Origin: an uncultured delta proteobacterium
Lineage (GTDB): Bacteria; Desulfobacterota; Binatia; UBA9968
NCBI GenBank assembly: GCA_963847445.1
Contig: CAWJZV010000014.1
Location: 192,001-256,000 of the forward strand
Reading direction: 5' to 3'
Length of the DNA: 64,000 bases
Part shown: in pieces, positions 1-12,552 of the stretch
Position numbering within the stretch: position 1 is the stretch's first letter
Layout: the number at the start of each line of letters is the position of its first letter
Translations under genes and position numbers: made by a program
The notes under the pieces: generated by a model
The model's database searches: none
What the model was told of the DNA's origin: nothing
What the model saw: only the letters and a program-made list of their open reading frames with translations

Positions 1-1
1 C

Positions 2-854
2 GAGATCGGCGGCGCATTTAGAATTCCCGAGATCATGGCCAAGAGCGGCGCGATCCTGCGCGAAGTCGGCGCGACCAATCGCACCCATCCGGCGGATTAC
101 GAAAACGCCATCAACGAAAACACCGCCCTGCTGCTCAAAGTCCACACCAGCAACTACAAAGTCGTCGGCTTCACCGCCGAAGTGACTCTGGAACAAATGG
201 TCGCCATCGGCAAGAAACACAATCTGCCGGTGATGGAAGATCTCGGCAGCGGCGCGCTGATCGACTTGAGCAAGTACGGCCTGGCCAAAGAGCCGCTGGT
301 CGGCGAAAGAATCGCCGCCGGCGCCGATGTCGTGACCTTCAGCGGCGATAAAATTCTCGGCGGCCCGCAAGCGGGCTTGATGGTCGGCAAAAAAGAACTG
401 ATCGGCAAGATGAACAAAAATCATCTGCAACGCGCCCTGCGCTGCGGCAAGCTGACTCTGGCCGCTCTCGAAGCGACCCTGCGCCGCTACCGCCAGTCGC
501 CCAACATCGTCGAAGAAATTCCCACCCTGCGCGCCTTCACCCGCTCCGTCGACGAAGTCCGCGCCATGGGCCAGTCAGTCATGCCGAAACTCGAAACCGC
601 CCTCGGCAACGACTTTCAACTGTCACTGCAAGACTCGACATCGCAAATCGGCAGCGGCGCACTGCCGACGGAAGAACTGCCGACGGTGGTCATCACCGTC
701 GCGCACCCGAAACGCAGCGCCAACGCCATCGCCAAGACAATTTAGACAAGCCGATCCGCCAATCATCGGCCGCATCCAGGACGACAAATTCCTCCTAGAC
801 CTAAGAACAATCTTCGACGCCAAAGACCTAGTCCCCGAATTCCGCTCCGAATAA
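2..854 (+). CDS. selA: L-seryl-tRNA(Sec) selenium transferase, 5'-truncated by window edge; frameshift near 738
   Basis: EIGGAFRIPEIM, EVGATNRTH, KVHTSNY, EDLGSG, FSGDKILGGPQAG (PLP Lys); after the frameshift continues ADPPIIGRIQDDKFLLDLRTI to TAA 852-854. Confidence 0.95.
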
Positions 855-893
855 TTTGGAATATTGCAATTTGTCAATTATCAAATTAACCCC

Positions 894-2826
894 ATGCCCT
901 ACATCATCGGCACCGCCGGCCATATCGACCACGGCAAGACCAGCCTGATCAAAGCCCTCACCGGCACCGACACCGACCGGTTAAAGGAAGAAAAAGAGCG
1001 CGGCATCTCCATCGATTTGGGCTTCGCCCATCTCGATCTGCCGGACGGGACTTCGGCGGGCGTCGTCGACGTGCCGGGTCACGAGCGTTTCATCAAAAAC
1101 ATGCTCGCCGGCGCCCATGGCATCGATCTCGTTCTATTCACCGTCGCGGCCGATGACGGCGTCATGCCACAGACCGAAGAACATCTCGACATCGTCCATC
1201 TGCTCGGCATCAAGATGGCGATCTTCGTCATCACCAAGGCCGATCTGGCGCCCGACGCGCATCGCCGATGTCGAAGAAGAGATCGACATCCTGACCCTCG
1301 GCACGATTCTCGAAAACTCGCCCAAGATCGCGGTTTCATCCGTGACCGGCCAAGGCCTCGACGAACTAAAGCAACTGATTTCCACGACATTGAAATCCGC
1401 CAATCACGCCGCGCCCATCCGGCTACTTTCGCCTGCCGGTGGACCGGGCTTTTGTCCTGCAAGGCCATGGCGTCGTCGTCACCGGCACGTCGCTCTCCGG
1501 CGAGATCAAAGTCGGCGAGCAGGTGCGCTGCTTGCCCGGCGACAACCTGTTTCGCGTGCGCAGCCTGCAAGTGCATGGCCAATCCGTCGAACGCGCCGGC
1601 TGGGGCCAGCGCGTCGCGATGAATTTGACCGGACCGGAGCGCGCCTCCATCGAGCGCGGCCAGGTCATCTGCCACGAGAAACTGGCGCTTACTTCGGAAC
1701 GCTTCGACGCCTTTTTGGAAGTCCGTCCCGCGGCGGCGAAGGGCATCAAAAATCATCAGCGCCTGCGCATCCACATGGGCGCGGCCGAACGCCTGGGCAA
1801 GATCGTCTCTGCTCGGCGACAAAGCGAAAGCCGAGCCGAAGGAGTCGGTCTATTGCCAGATCACTCTGGACGAACCGCTGCTGGTGATGCGCGGCGACCG
1901 ATTCGTCGCCCGCGACGAAACCGCCCAACGCACCCTCGGCGGCGGCACGATCATCCACCCCTGGTCCACACGGCACAAACGCGGCGAAGCGAACCTGCTG
2001 GAACGGCTCAAAGCGCTCCACACCGGCGACTTCGCACAATTGATGGAAAGCTTCTTGAACGAAAGTAGCGACTTTGCGCTGGCCATCGACGCCATCCATC
2101 AGTTCCTGAACCTGCGAGGAACCCGACGCGCGGCAAAAAGTCGACGCTTTGAAGTCCCTGCGCGCGCTCAACGCAGAGGGCGAAAAAGTTTACACGACTG
2201 ACGTGAAATGGAACCGGCTGAAAGAGCGGCTGCTCAAGACGCTCAAAGAATTCCACACCGCCCACCCCTTGATCCCCGGCATGGACATGGAGGAGCTGCG
2301 CGGCAAGCTCGGCTACCAACTTTCGCCGAAAATCTTTCGCGTTGTGGTCGACCTGTTTATCAATGACAAACTGATCGCCAAGGAAGAAAACCTCTTGCGC
2401 TTGGCGAGCCACCGCGTCCAGCTCGGCGGCCAAGAAAAAATCTTGATGGACAAGATCAAGAAAATTCTCGGCGACCAGCCCCTAGCGCCGCCCGACTTGA
2501 AGGAAATCGAAAAACAGGTCGGCGTGCCGCGAAATCGTTTGAGCGAAGTGATCCGCCTGCTCGAACGGGAAGGCTCGGTGATACGCATCACCACCGACAT
2601 GTATTTCCTCGCTTCGAGCATCGAGCAACTGCGCGGGACCCTGGTGCAATTCTTAAGCGAAAAGGGCGAGATGAACGCCGCGGCGTTTCGCGATCTGATC
2701 GGCTCCAGCCGCAAGTACACGATTCCGTTGTTGGAATACTTCGACCGCGCTGGGCTGACGATTCGCATCGGCGACATTCGCAAGCTCAAAGTGCCTCTCG
2801 CCGCGGCAAAAACTCCGGCTCGTTGA
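894..2826 (+). CDS. selB: Selenocysteine-specific elongation factor (about 4 apparent frameshifts)
   Basis: [40 protein letters not shown]; C-terminal winged-helix [13 protein letters not shown]; stitched from ORFs 864, 1117, 1439, 1884 and 2149. Confidence 0.95.
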
Positions 2827-2859
2827 AATCACTCAACATTCGATCTAGAGTTGCTACGT

Positions 2860-3916
2860 ATGATGCTAGGGAAAAAGAAAGCCGTGCGCTTGACGCAAGA
2901 GGTCAAAAGCGCGGGTTGAGCTGCGAAGCTCGGTCCGGGCGACCTTGCGCAAGTACTACACGACTTACCGAAGTTCAACGATCCCAACATGCTGGTCGGC
3001 ACCGAGACCGCCGACGACGCCGGGGTGTACCGTCTGCGCCCAGACCTGGCGATCGTCAACACGGTGGACTTCTTTCCCCCCGTCGTCGACGACCCCTATT
3101 TGTTCGGCCAGATTTCCGCGACCAACTCGCTGAGCGATGTCTACGCCATGGGCGGCGATCCCAAGACCTGCATGAACATCGTCTGCTTTCCCAAGGGTAA
3201 GATGGACATCTCCATCCTCGGCGAGATCTTGAAAGGCGGCGCCGACAAGGTCAAAGAGGCCGGCGCAGTGATCATCGGCGGCCACAGCATCATCGACGAC
3301 GAGATCAAGTACGGCATGTCGGTCACCGGCGTGGTTCACCCGGACAAGATTTTCCGCAACGTCGGCGTTCAGGAAGGCGACGTGTTGATCCTGACCAAGC
3401 CGCTCGGCACCGGCATCATCACCACCGCCCTCAAGCGCGGCAAGGCTTCCGCCGAAAGCGTCGCGGAAGCGGTGACTTCGATGACCACCCTCAACGCCGA
3501 CGCCTCCTTTGTCGCACGCAAACATAAGGTCCACGCGGTTTCCGATGTCACCGGCTTCGGCGTCCTGGGCCACGCCCAAGAGATGGCCAGCGGCAGCGGC
3601 GTCACGTTGATACTCGAATCGGCGAAACTGCCGCTGCTCAAGGGCGCGGTGCGGCTCGCCGAAAAGGGCTATATCACCGGCGGTTGTAAACGCAATAAAG
3701 ATTATCTCGACGACAAGATGGTCATCGAGAAAACATGTCAGCGAAGGTTTGGCCGAAGTCGCCCTCGACCCGCAAACCTCCGGCGGCTTGCTCATCGCCA
3801 TCGGCAAGCAACATGCCGCCAAACTCGTCGACGACCTGCACGCCGCCGGCGTCACGGCCGCCTGCGCCATCGGTTACGCCACGTCGCAGCAAAAGCCCTG
3901 GGTGCGCTTGGTTTGA
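2860..3916 (+). CDS. selD: Selenophosphate synthetase, selenoprotein form (UGA at 2917-2919); frameshift near 3735
   Basis: ATG 2860 reads MMLGKKKAVRLTQEVKSAG-TGA-AAKLGPGDL in frame with ORF 2989 (DDAGVY, TVDFF, NSLSDVYAMGG, DVTGFG); after the frameshift DPQTSGGLL to TGA 3914-3916. Confidence 0.95.
2923..2950 (+). promoter_or_regulatory. Putative bacterial SECIS hairpin of selD
   Basis: GGTC-cgggc-GACC (2932-2944) with a G-rich loop about 17 nt 3' of the UGA; lower pairing gcgaag/cttgcgc with a bulge. Confidence 0.65.
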
Positions 3917-3977
3917 TAGCTGCGGCGGCCCGAGTCCGTCATTAGCAATAGTCAATCCGTTGGAAAGGCGTTCAATC

Positions 3978-3999
3978 GCGTGCGGTCATTGCCGCACGC
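3978..3999. other. 8-bp GC-rich hairpin between selD and malQ
   Basis: gcgtgcgg-tcattg-ccgcacgc; no U-tract follows. Confidence 0.4.
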
Positions 4000-4075
4000 T
4001 CAGCGACAGTGTAACCGCGGAAAGCTTATCGAACGAGTAAATTCACCAAGCATCTGGTAAACTGCGAATACCATC

Positions 4076-6183
4076 ATGTTTGCGCCCAACGCCCTCGCCC
4101 GTCTCGCGCGGCTTTATAACATCCAGTCCAGTTATCGTGACGGCCTTGGGCAGCTGCGCCAAGCGTCAACGGATGCGATCCTCCAGGTATTGCGGGCGCT
4201 CGGCGCGCCGTTACAACGGTTTGACGATGCCGACGATGCCTGGCGCCAGCGCCGCCAAGCATTGTGGCAACGCGTCATCGAGCCAGTGATCGTGGTTTGG
4301 CAAAACCAACCGGCTATACTCAAGATTCGCGTTCTCACGCAACTCGCAGAAACCCGGATAAGTTATCGAATTCTTCTTGACAGCGGCGCGACAGTCGAAG
4401 GCAATCTGCGAGAAGATCCCGCCACGAAGTCCGTCGCGCGCGAAGTCGAAGGGTCACGCTATGTCACGCGCCGCCTGATTGGCCCAGCGCCACTCCCGCT
4501 TGGCTACCATCGGCTGTATTTGCGCATCGGCGAGGTAGAAGTCGATAGTTATCTGTTTTGCGCCCCGCCCCAAGCGTACACGCCGACCGAAACTAAAAAG
4601 CGCTGGGGACTCTTCTGTCCGCTCTACGCGCTCCATTCCGAACAAGTCTGGGGTGCAGGTAATTTTTCCGATCTCAGCCGGCTGGTCGAATTCACCGCCA
4701 GCCTCGGCGGTCACGCCGTCGCCACTCTGCCCATGCTCGCGAACTTTTTGGACGAGCCGTTCAATCCGAGTCCCTACGCTCCGGTGAGCCGGCTATTTTG
4801 GAATGAGTTCTATCTCGACATCGAGCGCATTGCCGAGCTGCAAGATTGCGCCGAAGCGAAGACCCTCCTAACAACCTCCAGCTTGATCACCGACTTGGAG
4901 CAGTGGCGAGCCGCGCCGCTGGTCCAGTATCGCCAAGTTATGGCGCGCAAACGTGAGATCCTAACTGCCTTGCTGCGCGCATTACTGCAAAGTTCGGCGC
5001 AGCGGCGCGACGATTTTGAAAATTTCATCGCCAGCCATCCGGTAGCGCAAGACTACGCCGAGTTTCGCGCCAAGACTGAGCGCGAACAGAAAATCTGGAT
5101 TGACTGGCCCATGGACAGCCGTGAAGGTAAATTGCACGCGCTCCGACTTCGACGACTTCGCCAAGCTCTATCATCTCTATGTCCAATGGCAGTGCGCCGA
5201 ACAAATCGCCGCGGTCAGCGCCAACGCGCGCCGCGGCAGCGCGGCGCTCTATCTAGACTTTCCACTCGGCGTCAACCGCGATGGTTACGATGTTTGGCGC
5301 GAGCGAAGCCTCTTCGCCCTCGGCATGAACGGCGGCGCGCCCCCGGATGGATTGTTTATCAGAGGGCAGAACTGGGGCTTTCCACCGCTCCATCCCGAAG
5401 CGATCCGCCAGCAGGGGTACCGTTACTACATCGATTGCCTGCGCCATCATATGGGTTCGGCCGGCATGCTGCGTATCGATCATGTGATGGGAATGCATCG
5501 CGTCTTTTGGGTGCCCGATGGTTTTAGCGCCACCGACGGCGTCTACGTGCACTATCGCGCGCCGGAGTTTTACGCGATTTTGAATTTCGAGTCGCACCGC
5601 CATCGAGTCCAGATCGTTGGTGAAAATCTCGGCACGGTTCCCGACGCCGTCACCGCAGCCATGGCGCAGCGAAAATTCCTCGGCATGCATGTCGGCCAGT
5701 TCGGCGTCAACGCCGATCCCAACCACGCACTGGACGCGGTTCCCGCCAATGTCGTTGCGAGTCTGAACACCCACGACACCGCGACCTTCATGGGTTTCTG
5801 GCAGGAGAAAGACATCGACGACAGCGTCGACTTGAACCTTCTCGACAGCGATCAAGCCGACACCCAGCGCCGCTACCGCGCCACCCAGCGCGACGCACTC
5901 GTCGCTTACCTGCGCGCCCACGACTACATCGGCGCGGATAACTCGGCAGCGGCCGTGCTGCGCGGCTGGCTGATTTTTCTTGCCGGGCAGCCAACCGAGT
6001 TCATATTGCTTAACTTAGAAGACCTCTGGCTCGAACCGGCGCCGCAAAATGTCCCTGGCACCTGGCAGGAGCGGCCCAACTGGCAACGCAAGGCTCAGTA
6101 CTCTATCGAAGAGTTGCGTGGCCTTGCGTCGATCAATGACGCTTTTAACGACAATCAGCGACATCCGTGCCCGGATGGTTTAG
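4076..6183 (+). CDS. malQ: 4-alpha-glucanotransferase (amylomaltase, GH77); frameshifts near 5135 and 6145
   Basis: [62 protein letters not shown]; 3' end approximate. Confidence 0.92.
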
Positions 6184-6193
6184 AATATTACTC

Positions 6194-6870
6194 ATGTCCG
6201 AAGTGCGCCCGTTCAGCCTGCTGACAGCCCATGACAGCTACCTTTTCAATCAAGGCAGCCATTTTCGCCTCTACGATAAACTAGGCGCCAGAGTTGTCAC
6301 TGTGGGCCGGACCAGCGGCAGCTATTTCGCAGTCTGGGCGCCTAACGCCGAACCAGTTTCGGTGGCCTCCATGCTCTATCTGGATTACGGCCGTAAAAAC
6401 GGCGAACGGATTCCCAACCGGCACGGCGGCCGGGAGAATCTCGAGACGATCGAACTTTTACGCCGTTTAAATCATGTGATCTACGAAAACTCTGGGTGCG
6501 CGACTTGAATCAACTCTACCGTAAAGAGCCGGCGCAGCACGAGCGTCGACTGCGAGCCCGCCGGTTTCGATGGATCGATTGCGACGACGCCGAGAGCAGC
6601 GTGGTGAGCATGCTGCGCAAAGGCAAATCGACCGCGAACTGCCTGGCGCTGCGATTTCACTCCCGTGCGCAATGGTTCACGCCTCGGCGTGCCGCGCGAC
6701 GGTTTCTGGCGTGAGGCCTTGAACAGCGACGCCGTGGATTATAACAGCAGCGGCGATCGGCAATCGTGGCGGGCTCGAGCGCCGAACCGCTGGCGCACCA
6801 TGGCCGGCCGTTTTCTTTGGTGCTGATCTTGCCGCCGTTGTCAGTGTCATTTTTCGTCAATAAGCCATAA
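6194..6870 (+). pseudogene. glgB: 1,4-alpha-glucan branching enzyme (GH13) remnant with two large internal deletions
   Basis: N-terminal [24 protein letters not shown] joined directly to [16 protein letters not shown], then to C-terminal [31 protein letters not shown]; about 0.68 kb against about 1.9 kb expected. Confidence 0.85.
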
Positions 6871-6887
6871 CTCAGCGCTTGCTCACG

Positions 6888-8330
6888 ATGAAGATCGCCA
6901 TGATCGCTTCCGAGGCCAACCCGTTCGCCAAGACCGGCGGCTTGGCCGATGTCCTGGGCAGCGCTGTCCTTGGCGCTGGAGCGGTTCGGCCATCAGGTCC
7001 TATTGATCCTCCCGGCTTACCGTGGCACTCCGGGCGGCGAATTTTCGCTGCAAGACACCGGCATGACTTTCACCGTACCGGTGTCCGATCGTCAGGAATC
7101 CGCATCGGTGCTTCAAACCACCATCGGCAATTCAGTCACCGTCTACCTCATTCGCGCCGATAAGTATTTCGACCGCGAGTTTCTCTACGGCACACCGACC
7201 CAAGACTATCCCGACAACGCCGAGCGGTTTGTCTTCTTTTGCCGCGCGGCGTTGGAAATCCTCGGCGCCCAGCCGGTCGACATCGTCCACGCCCATGACT
7301 GGCAAGCCGCCTTGGCCATCGTGTTTTTGAAGACCCAAGCGGCGCGGTACCACGCCACCGCCGGCGCGAAGACCGTATGCACCATCCACAACTTGGCTTT
7401 CCAAGGCAATTTGGGCAGCCCGACTGGCATTTATTGAATCTCGACAGCGGATTTTTCACGCCGCAGTTCTTGGAGTTTTACGGCAACATTAATTTCCTCA
7501 AGGGCGCGCTGGTTATGGCCGATAAAATAACCACTGTGAGCCCAACCTATGCCCAGGAGATCATGACTCTGGAGCAGGGATTCGGCCTCGAAGGCCTGCT
7601 GCGCCAGCGCGCTGACGATCTCGTGGGGATCTTGAATGGCGTCGACTATGGCCAGTGGAATCCCTGGACCGATCCATTGATCTCCCATCGCTACGACGAG
7701 AACAGTTTAACTGATCAAACGCAACTGCAAGACAGTCGCTGCGCCAACAGCTCGGCCTGCCGGATCAAGCCAATACGCCCATCGTCGCGATGATCTCGCG
7801 GCTGACCGCGCAAAAAGGCTTCGATCTGGTGCAAAAGATTTTCCCGACCTGATGCAACGCGACATTCAATTCGTCTTGCTCGGCAGCGGCGAACCGCGCT
7901 ATGAAGCGTTTTTTCGCGGCGCCGCGGCGAGCTACGCCAATCGCGTCGCCGTGCGCATCGGCTTCGACGAGCGGCTGGCGCATCAGATCGAGGCCGGCGC
8001 CGATCTATTCTTGATGCCGTCGCTCTACGAGCCCTGCGGCTTGAATCAAATGTACAGTTTGAAATACGCCACGCTCGCCGATCGTCCGGGCCGTCGGCGG
8101 GCTGAAAGATTCCGTGCAGGACTACGATCCTCAGAGCCACAGCGGCAACGGATTCGTTTTTACCGATTACGATGGCGACGCCATGCTCGCCGCCATCGAT
8201 CGCGGTTTATCCGCCTACAGCGATAAAAAAGCTTGGACCGCGCTGCAGCGTCGCGCCATGGCAATGGATTTTTCCTGGCGAGCGCTCGGCGCAACTTTAC
8301 AGCGATTTATATAAAACTCTATTGCCGTAA
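6888..8330 (+). CDS. glgA: Glycogen synthase (multiple apparent frameshifts)
   Basis: [64 protein letters not shown]. Confidence 0.93.
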
Positions 8331-8351
8331 CAACAGGATGGAGCGAGAGAG

Positions 8352-9606
8352 ATGTTGTACGTACTAGGTGTGGTCATGGCGGGCGGGCGCGGCGAGCGGC
8401 TCTACCCCTTGACCCAGCATCGGGCCAAGCCGGCGGTTCCCTTCGGCGGCCGTTATCGGATTATCGATTTCGTGCTGTCGAACTTCATCAATTCGGGCAT
8501 TCTATCGATTTACGTGGTCACCCAATTCAAGGCCCAGTCGCTCTTGGAACATCTCGACCGCGGCTGGCGGGCAACAGATTTTTTGGGCGAACATTTTATC
8601 ACGCCGGTGCCGGCGCAGATGCGCTCGGGCGACGACTGGTACCAGGGCACCGCCGATTCGGTGTATCAGAATCTCTACTTGCTCGAACGGCACAAGCCGA
8701 CGCTCGGTGGCGGTGTTCGGCGCCGACCACATTTACCGGATGAACGTCCGGCAAATGATCGACGCGCATAAAAACAAGTCTGCCGAAGTCACGGTCGCAG
8801 CGATTCCGGTGAAGATCGAAGAAGCCTCGCAGTTCGGCGTTATCGAGATCGATGCCGATTGGCGGATTGTCGGTTTCGAAGAAAAACCCAAAGAGCCCAA
8901 GTCGATTCCCGGCGAGCCCGGCTTCGCCTTGGTGTCCATGGGTAATTATCTTTTTAACAATGAAGTGTTGATCGAGGCCTTGAAAGCCGACGCCGCCAAT
9001 CCGGCGAGCAATCATGATTTCGGCCGCGATCTCTTGCCGGATTTCGTCACTGCCGGCCGTATGTTCGCCTATGATTTTCGCCAAAACCGCGTGCCAAGCC
9101 CGTCCAAGGGCGAAGAACCGAGCTACTGGCGCGACCTCGGCACCATCGAAGCCTACTACGACGCCAGCATGGACCTATGCTCCATCGATCCGTCGTTCAA
9201 TTTATATAACCGCAGCTGGCCGCTGCGCACCGTCGGCTACGCCGATCCGCCGGCGAAGTTCGTCTTCGATTGGCGCCGACCGCCAAGGCATGGCGGTCAA
9301 TTCGGTGGTCGCCGAGGGCACGATCATCAGCGGCAGCGATGTCCGCAACTGCATTGTCGGGCGCAACGTGCGCATTCATAGCTACAGCCATATCGAAAAC
9401 TCGGTGATCATGGATTGGGTGGAGATCGGCAGGCAACTGCCGGATCCGCAACGCCATCATCGACAAGGCCAACGTGATTCCCATCCGGCACGGAGATCGG
9501 CTACGACCTGGATAAAGACCGCGAGCGCTACTTTGTCTCGCCCACCGGTATCGTCGTGCTCGGCCGCGGGCCGCGCAAAACCACCTGGGTCATGGCCAAT
9601 TCCTAA
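8352..9606 (+). CDS. glgC: Glucose-1-phosphate adenylyltransferase (apparent frameshifts)
   Basis: [66 protein letters not shown]; C-terminal beta-helix. Confidence 0.95.
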
Positions 9607-9659
9607 GCGCAGTCCGCGGCAAGTTGCCGATAGGGCACGTCGAGAATATCAATCGAATC

Positions 9660-12086
9660 ATGGAACGCTACATTTGCATACACGGCCATTTCTACCAGCC
9701 ACCGCGGGAAAACCCCTGGCTCGAAGCCATCGAGCTGCAAGACTCGGCGTACCCCTACCATGACTGGAACGAGCGCATCACCGCGGAGTGCTATGCGCCG
9801 AACTCAGTGGCGCGCATCGTCGATGGCGACAATCGCATCATCAAACTGATCAACAATTACGCGCGCATCAGTTTCAACTTCGGCCCGACCTTATTGTCCT
9901 GGCTCGAGGCCAAGGCGCCGGAAGTGTATGGCGCGATCCTCGACGCCGACCGCGATAGCCAGCAGCGCTTCTCCGGCCATGGCTCGGCGCTGGCGCAAGT
10001 TTACAATCATGCGATCATGCCGCTCGCCAACAGCCGGGACCGCAAGACGCAGATCCGCTGGGGCATCGGCGATTTCACCAAGCGCTTTCAGCGCGCGCCG
10101 GAAGGCATGTGGCTGGCGGAGACCGCCGTCGATGTCGAAACCTTGGAGTTGCTGGCCGAACAGGATATCCGGTTTGTCGTTCTAGCGCCGCACCAGGCCG
10201 CTCGCGTGCGTTCCATCGGCGCGCGCCAGTGGCAACAAATCACTGGCGACGCCATCGATCCGAGCCGCGCCTACCGGCAGCTGCTGCCCTCCGGGCGCGC
10301 CATCGGGCTATTTTTCTACGACAGTCCGATCGCCCGCGCGGTCGCCTTCGAAGGCGTGCTATCCCACGGCGAACGTTTCGTCGACAAACTCATGGGCGGT
10401 TTTGCCGATGGCCGCGATTGGCCGCAGCTGGTCCATATCGCCACCGATGGCGAGAGTTATGGCCATCATCATCGGTTTGGCGACATGGCGCTGGCCTACG
10501 CCCTGGACCAGATCGAAACCAAACAGCTGGCGCGCTTGACCAACTACGGTGAGTTTCTCGAAAAACATCCGCCCACCCACGAAGTCGAGATCGTCGAAAA
10601 AACTTCCTGGAGTTGCGCCCACGGCATCGACCGCTGGTGGAGCGATTGCGGCTGCAACTCCGGCGCGCATCCTGATTGGCGTCAACAGTGGCGCACGCCG
10701 CTGCGCAACGCCCTCGACAGCCTGCGCGATGCGGTCACGCCGCTGTGGCAGCAGCAAGCCACGGATTATTTCAAAAATATTTGGTTTGCCCGGGATACGT
10801 ATATCGAAGTGATCCTCGATCGCTCGGCACGATCTATAGAGAACGATTTCTCGCCCGCCACGCCGCCCGGCCGTTGACGCGACGATGAGAAAATCACCGC
10901 GCTCAAGTTGCTCGAACTACAGCGGCAACTGTTGCTCATGTACACCAGCTGCGGCTGGTTTTTCGACGACATCTCGGGCATCGAGACCGTCCAGGTCATC
11001 CAGTTCGCCGGCCGCGCCGTCCAGTTAGCTCAAGAACTTTTTGGCGACTCGCTGGAAGAGCGCTTCATCGAGCGGCTTGGCGCTGCGCACAGCAACCTGC
11101 CTGATCAGGGCGACGGCAAACAGATCTACGACCAACGCGTCCGGCCCGCGCGTGTCGACTGGGAGCGGGTCGGCGCTCATTATGCCGTCAGTTCGCTGTT
11201 CGAAAGCATACCGGAGCAGACAAAAATTTATTGCTACCGCGCCGAGCGAAAGAACCTTCAGACCTATGTCGCCGGCAACGCCAAGCTGGCGGTTGGTGAA
11301 GTCGAACTGACCTCGGAAATCACCGGCGAAACCACCTGTCTGAGTTTCGGCGCGCTGCACTTGGGCGATCACAACGTCAACGGCGGCGTGCGCCCATCCC
11401 TTGGCGACAACGTCGAGAGTTATCTCGCCCGCGAGCTCGCCGAGCCCTTCATGCGCGGTGATTTCGCCGACAGTCCTGCGTCTGATGGATCGCCGCTTCG
11501 GCGAGTCGAACTACTCGCTGCGCTCGCTGTTCCACGACGAGCAGCGCAAACTGATCGGCCAGATCTTGCAGTCCGCCCTAGGCGAAACCGAGTCGCTCTA
11601 CCGGCAAATCTACGACCACCGCGCCCCGCTCATGCGCTTTTTACATAGCTTGAACTTGCCGCAACCGAGCGCGCTGCGCGGGCCAGCGGAATCGGTCATC
11701 AACAGCGACCTGCGCCGCCAATTGGAGCAGGATGAGATCGACATCGACCAGTTGAAACAGTTACTCGCCGCGGCGACCGCCGAGGGCATCGCGCTCGACA
11801 GCGCGACGTTGGAATTCACCTACCGGAAAAACCTCGAACGAAACGCGGAAATTTTCGCCAGCCAACCGTCACTCACCGGCCTGCAGAGCTTGAACCGAGC
11901 CGCCACGGCGATCGCCATGCTGCCATTCACGGTCAATTTGTGGAAAGTGCAAAATCTGCTGTACCGGTTCAGCCAGCACTTCAATTCCGACAATCCACAG
12001 GCCAGCCATGGCGCACCGACGATCGCGACCGATGGGATACCTGCCTGAGAGAGCTCGGCGAAAAACTCGCCGTCAAGGTCTTCTAA
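9660..12086 (+). CDS. GH57 glycoside hydrolase with DUF3536-type C-terminal region (apparent frameshifts near 10840, 11470, 12030)
   Basis: IHGHFYQPPRENPWLE, EGMWLAETA (nucleophile Glu), IATDGESYGHH (acid/base Asp), SWSCAHG..RW, MYTSCGWFFD. Confidence 0.88.
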
Positions 12087-12134
12087 CCGGCTAGGGCTAG
12101 CGCAGCTCCGCCGCGATGAAATAGCGGTAGCGTC

Positions 12135-12250
12135 GTCATTTCGAAGGTCGAGAAAAATCCGTTTTAGATCTTCGCTGCCCTCGATATCACGAGCCTCGGC
12201 CCGTCACTTTGTGAGCTTGGCGTCGTTAGCGCGAGGAATATCCGAATCTA
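12135..12250 (+). repeat. Dispersed intergenic repeat, copy A
   Basis: gtcatttcga..gaaaaatc..ttagatc..gcctcggcccgtcactttg aligns collinearly with 60716-60795. Confidence 0.7.
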
Positions 12251-12552
12251 GACGTTTCTGGTCGCAGAAAGTGCGGCGTTACTCCGGACAGATTACTAGG
12301 AGCATGGGACACTCGACTCATTAGGCATTGATGTTGAGTTTGCCAATACCGTCTTGCGGTTCGCCGAAATTCTCGTCAAGACGATAAGGCAAATGATGAA
12401 AATGGCGCGGCAGGAACTCTTGCCAGCACCGTTTGCGGGATGGAACGTGGTGGCACTGCGGAGTGCTTGATTGAGTTGATTATTTCGCGCGTCGGCAGAT
12501 CGTCCGGCGCCGCACCGGCTCAGGCACGGTCGCGGTGGCAACTCTGGCGGCG

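Noticed and set aside
3917-4075. Possible tRNA-Sec (selC) after selD
   Set aside because: Only one hairpin; no cloverleaf with a UCA anticodon arm and T-arm was found.
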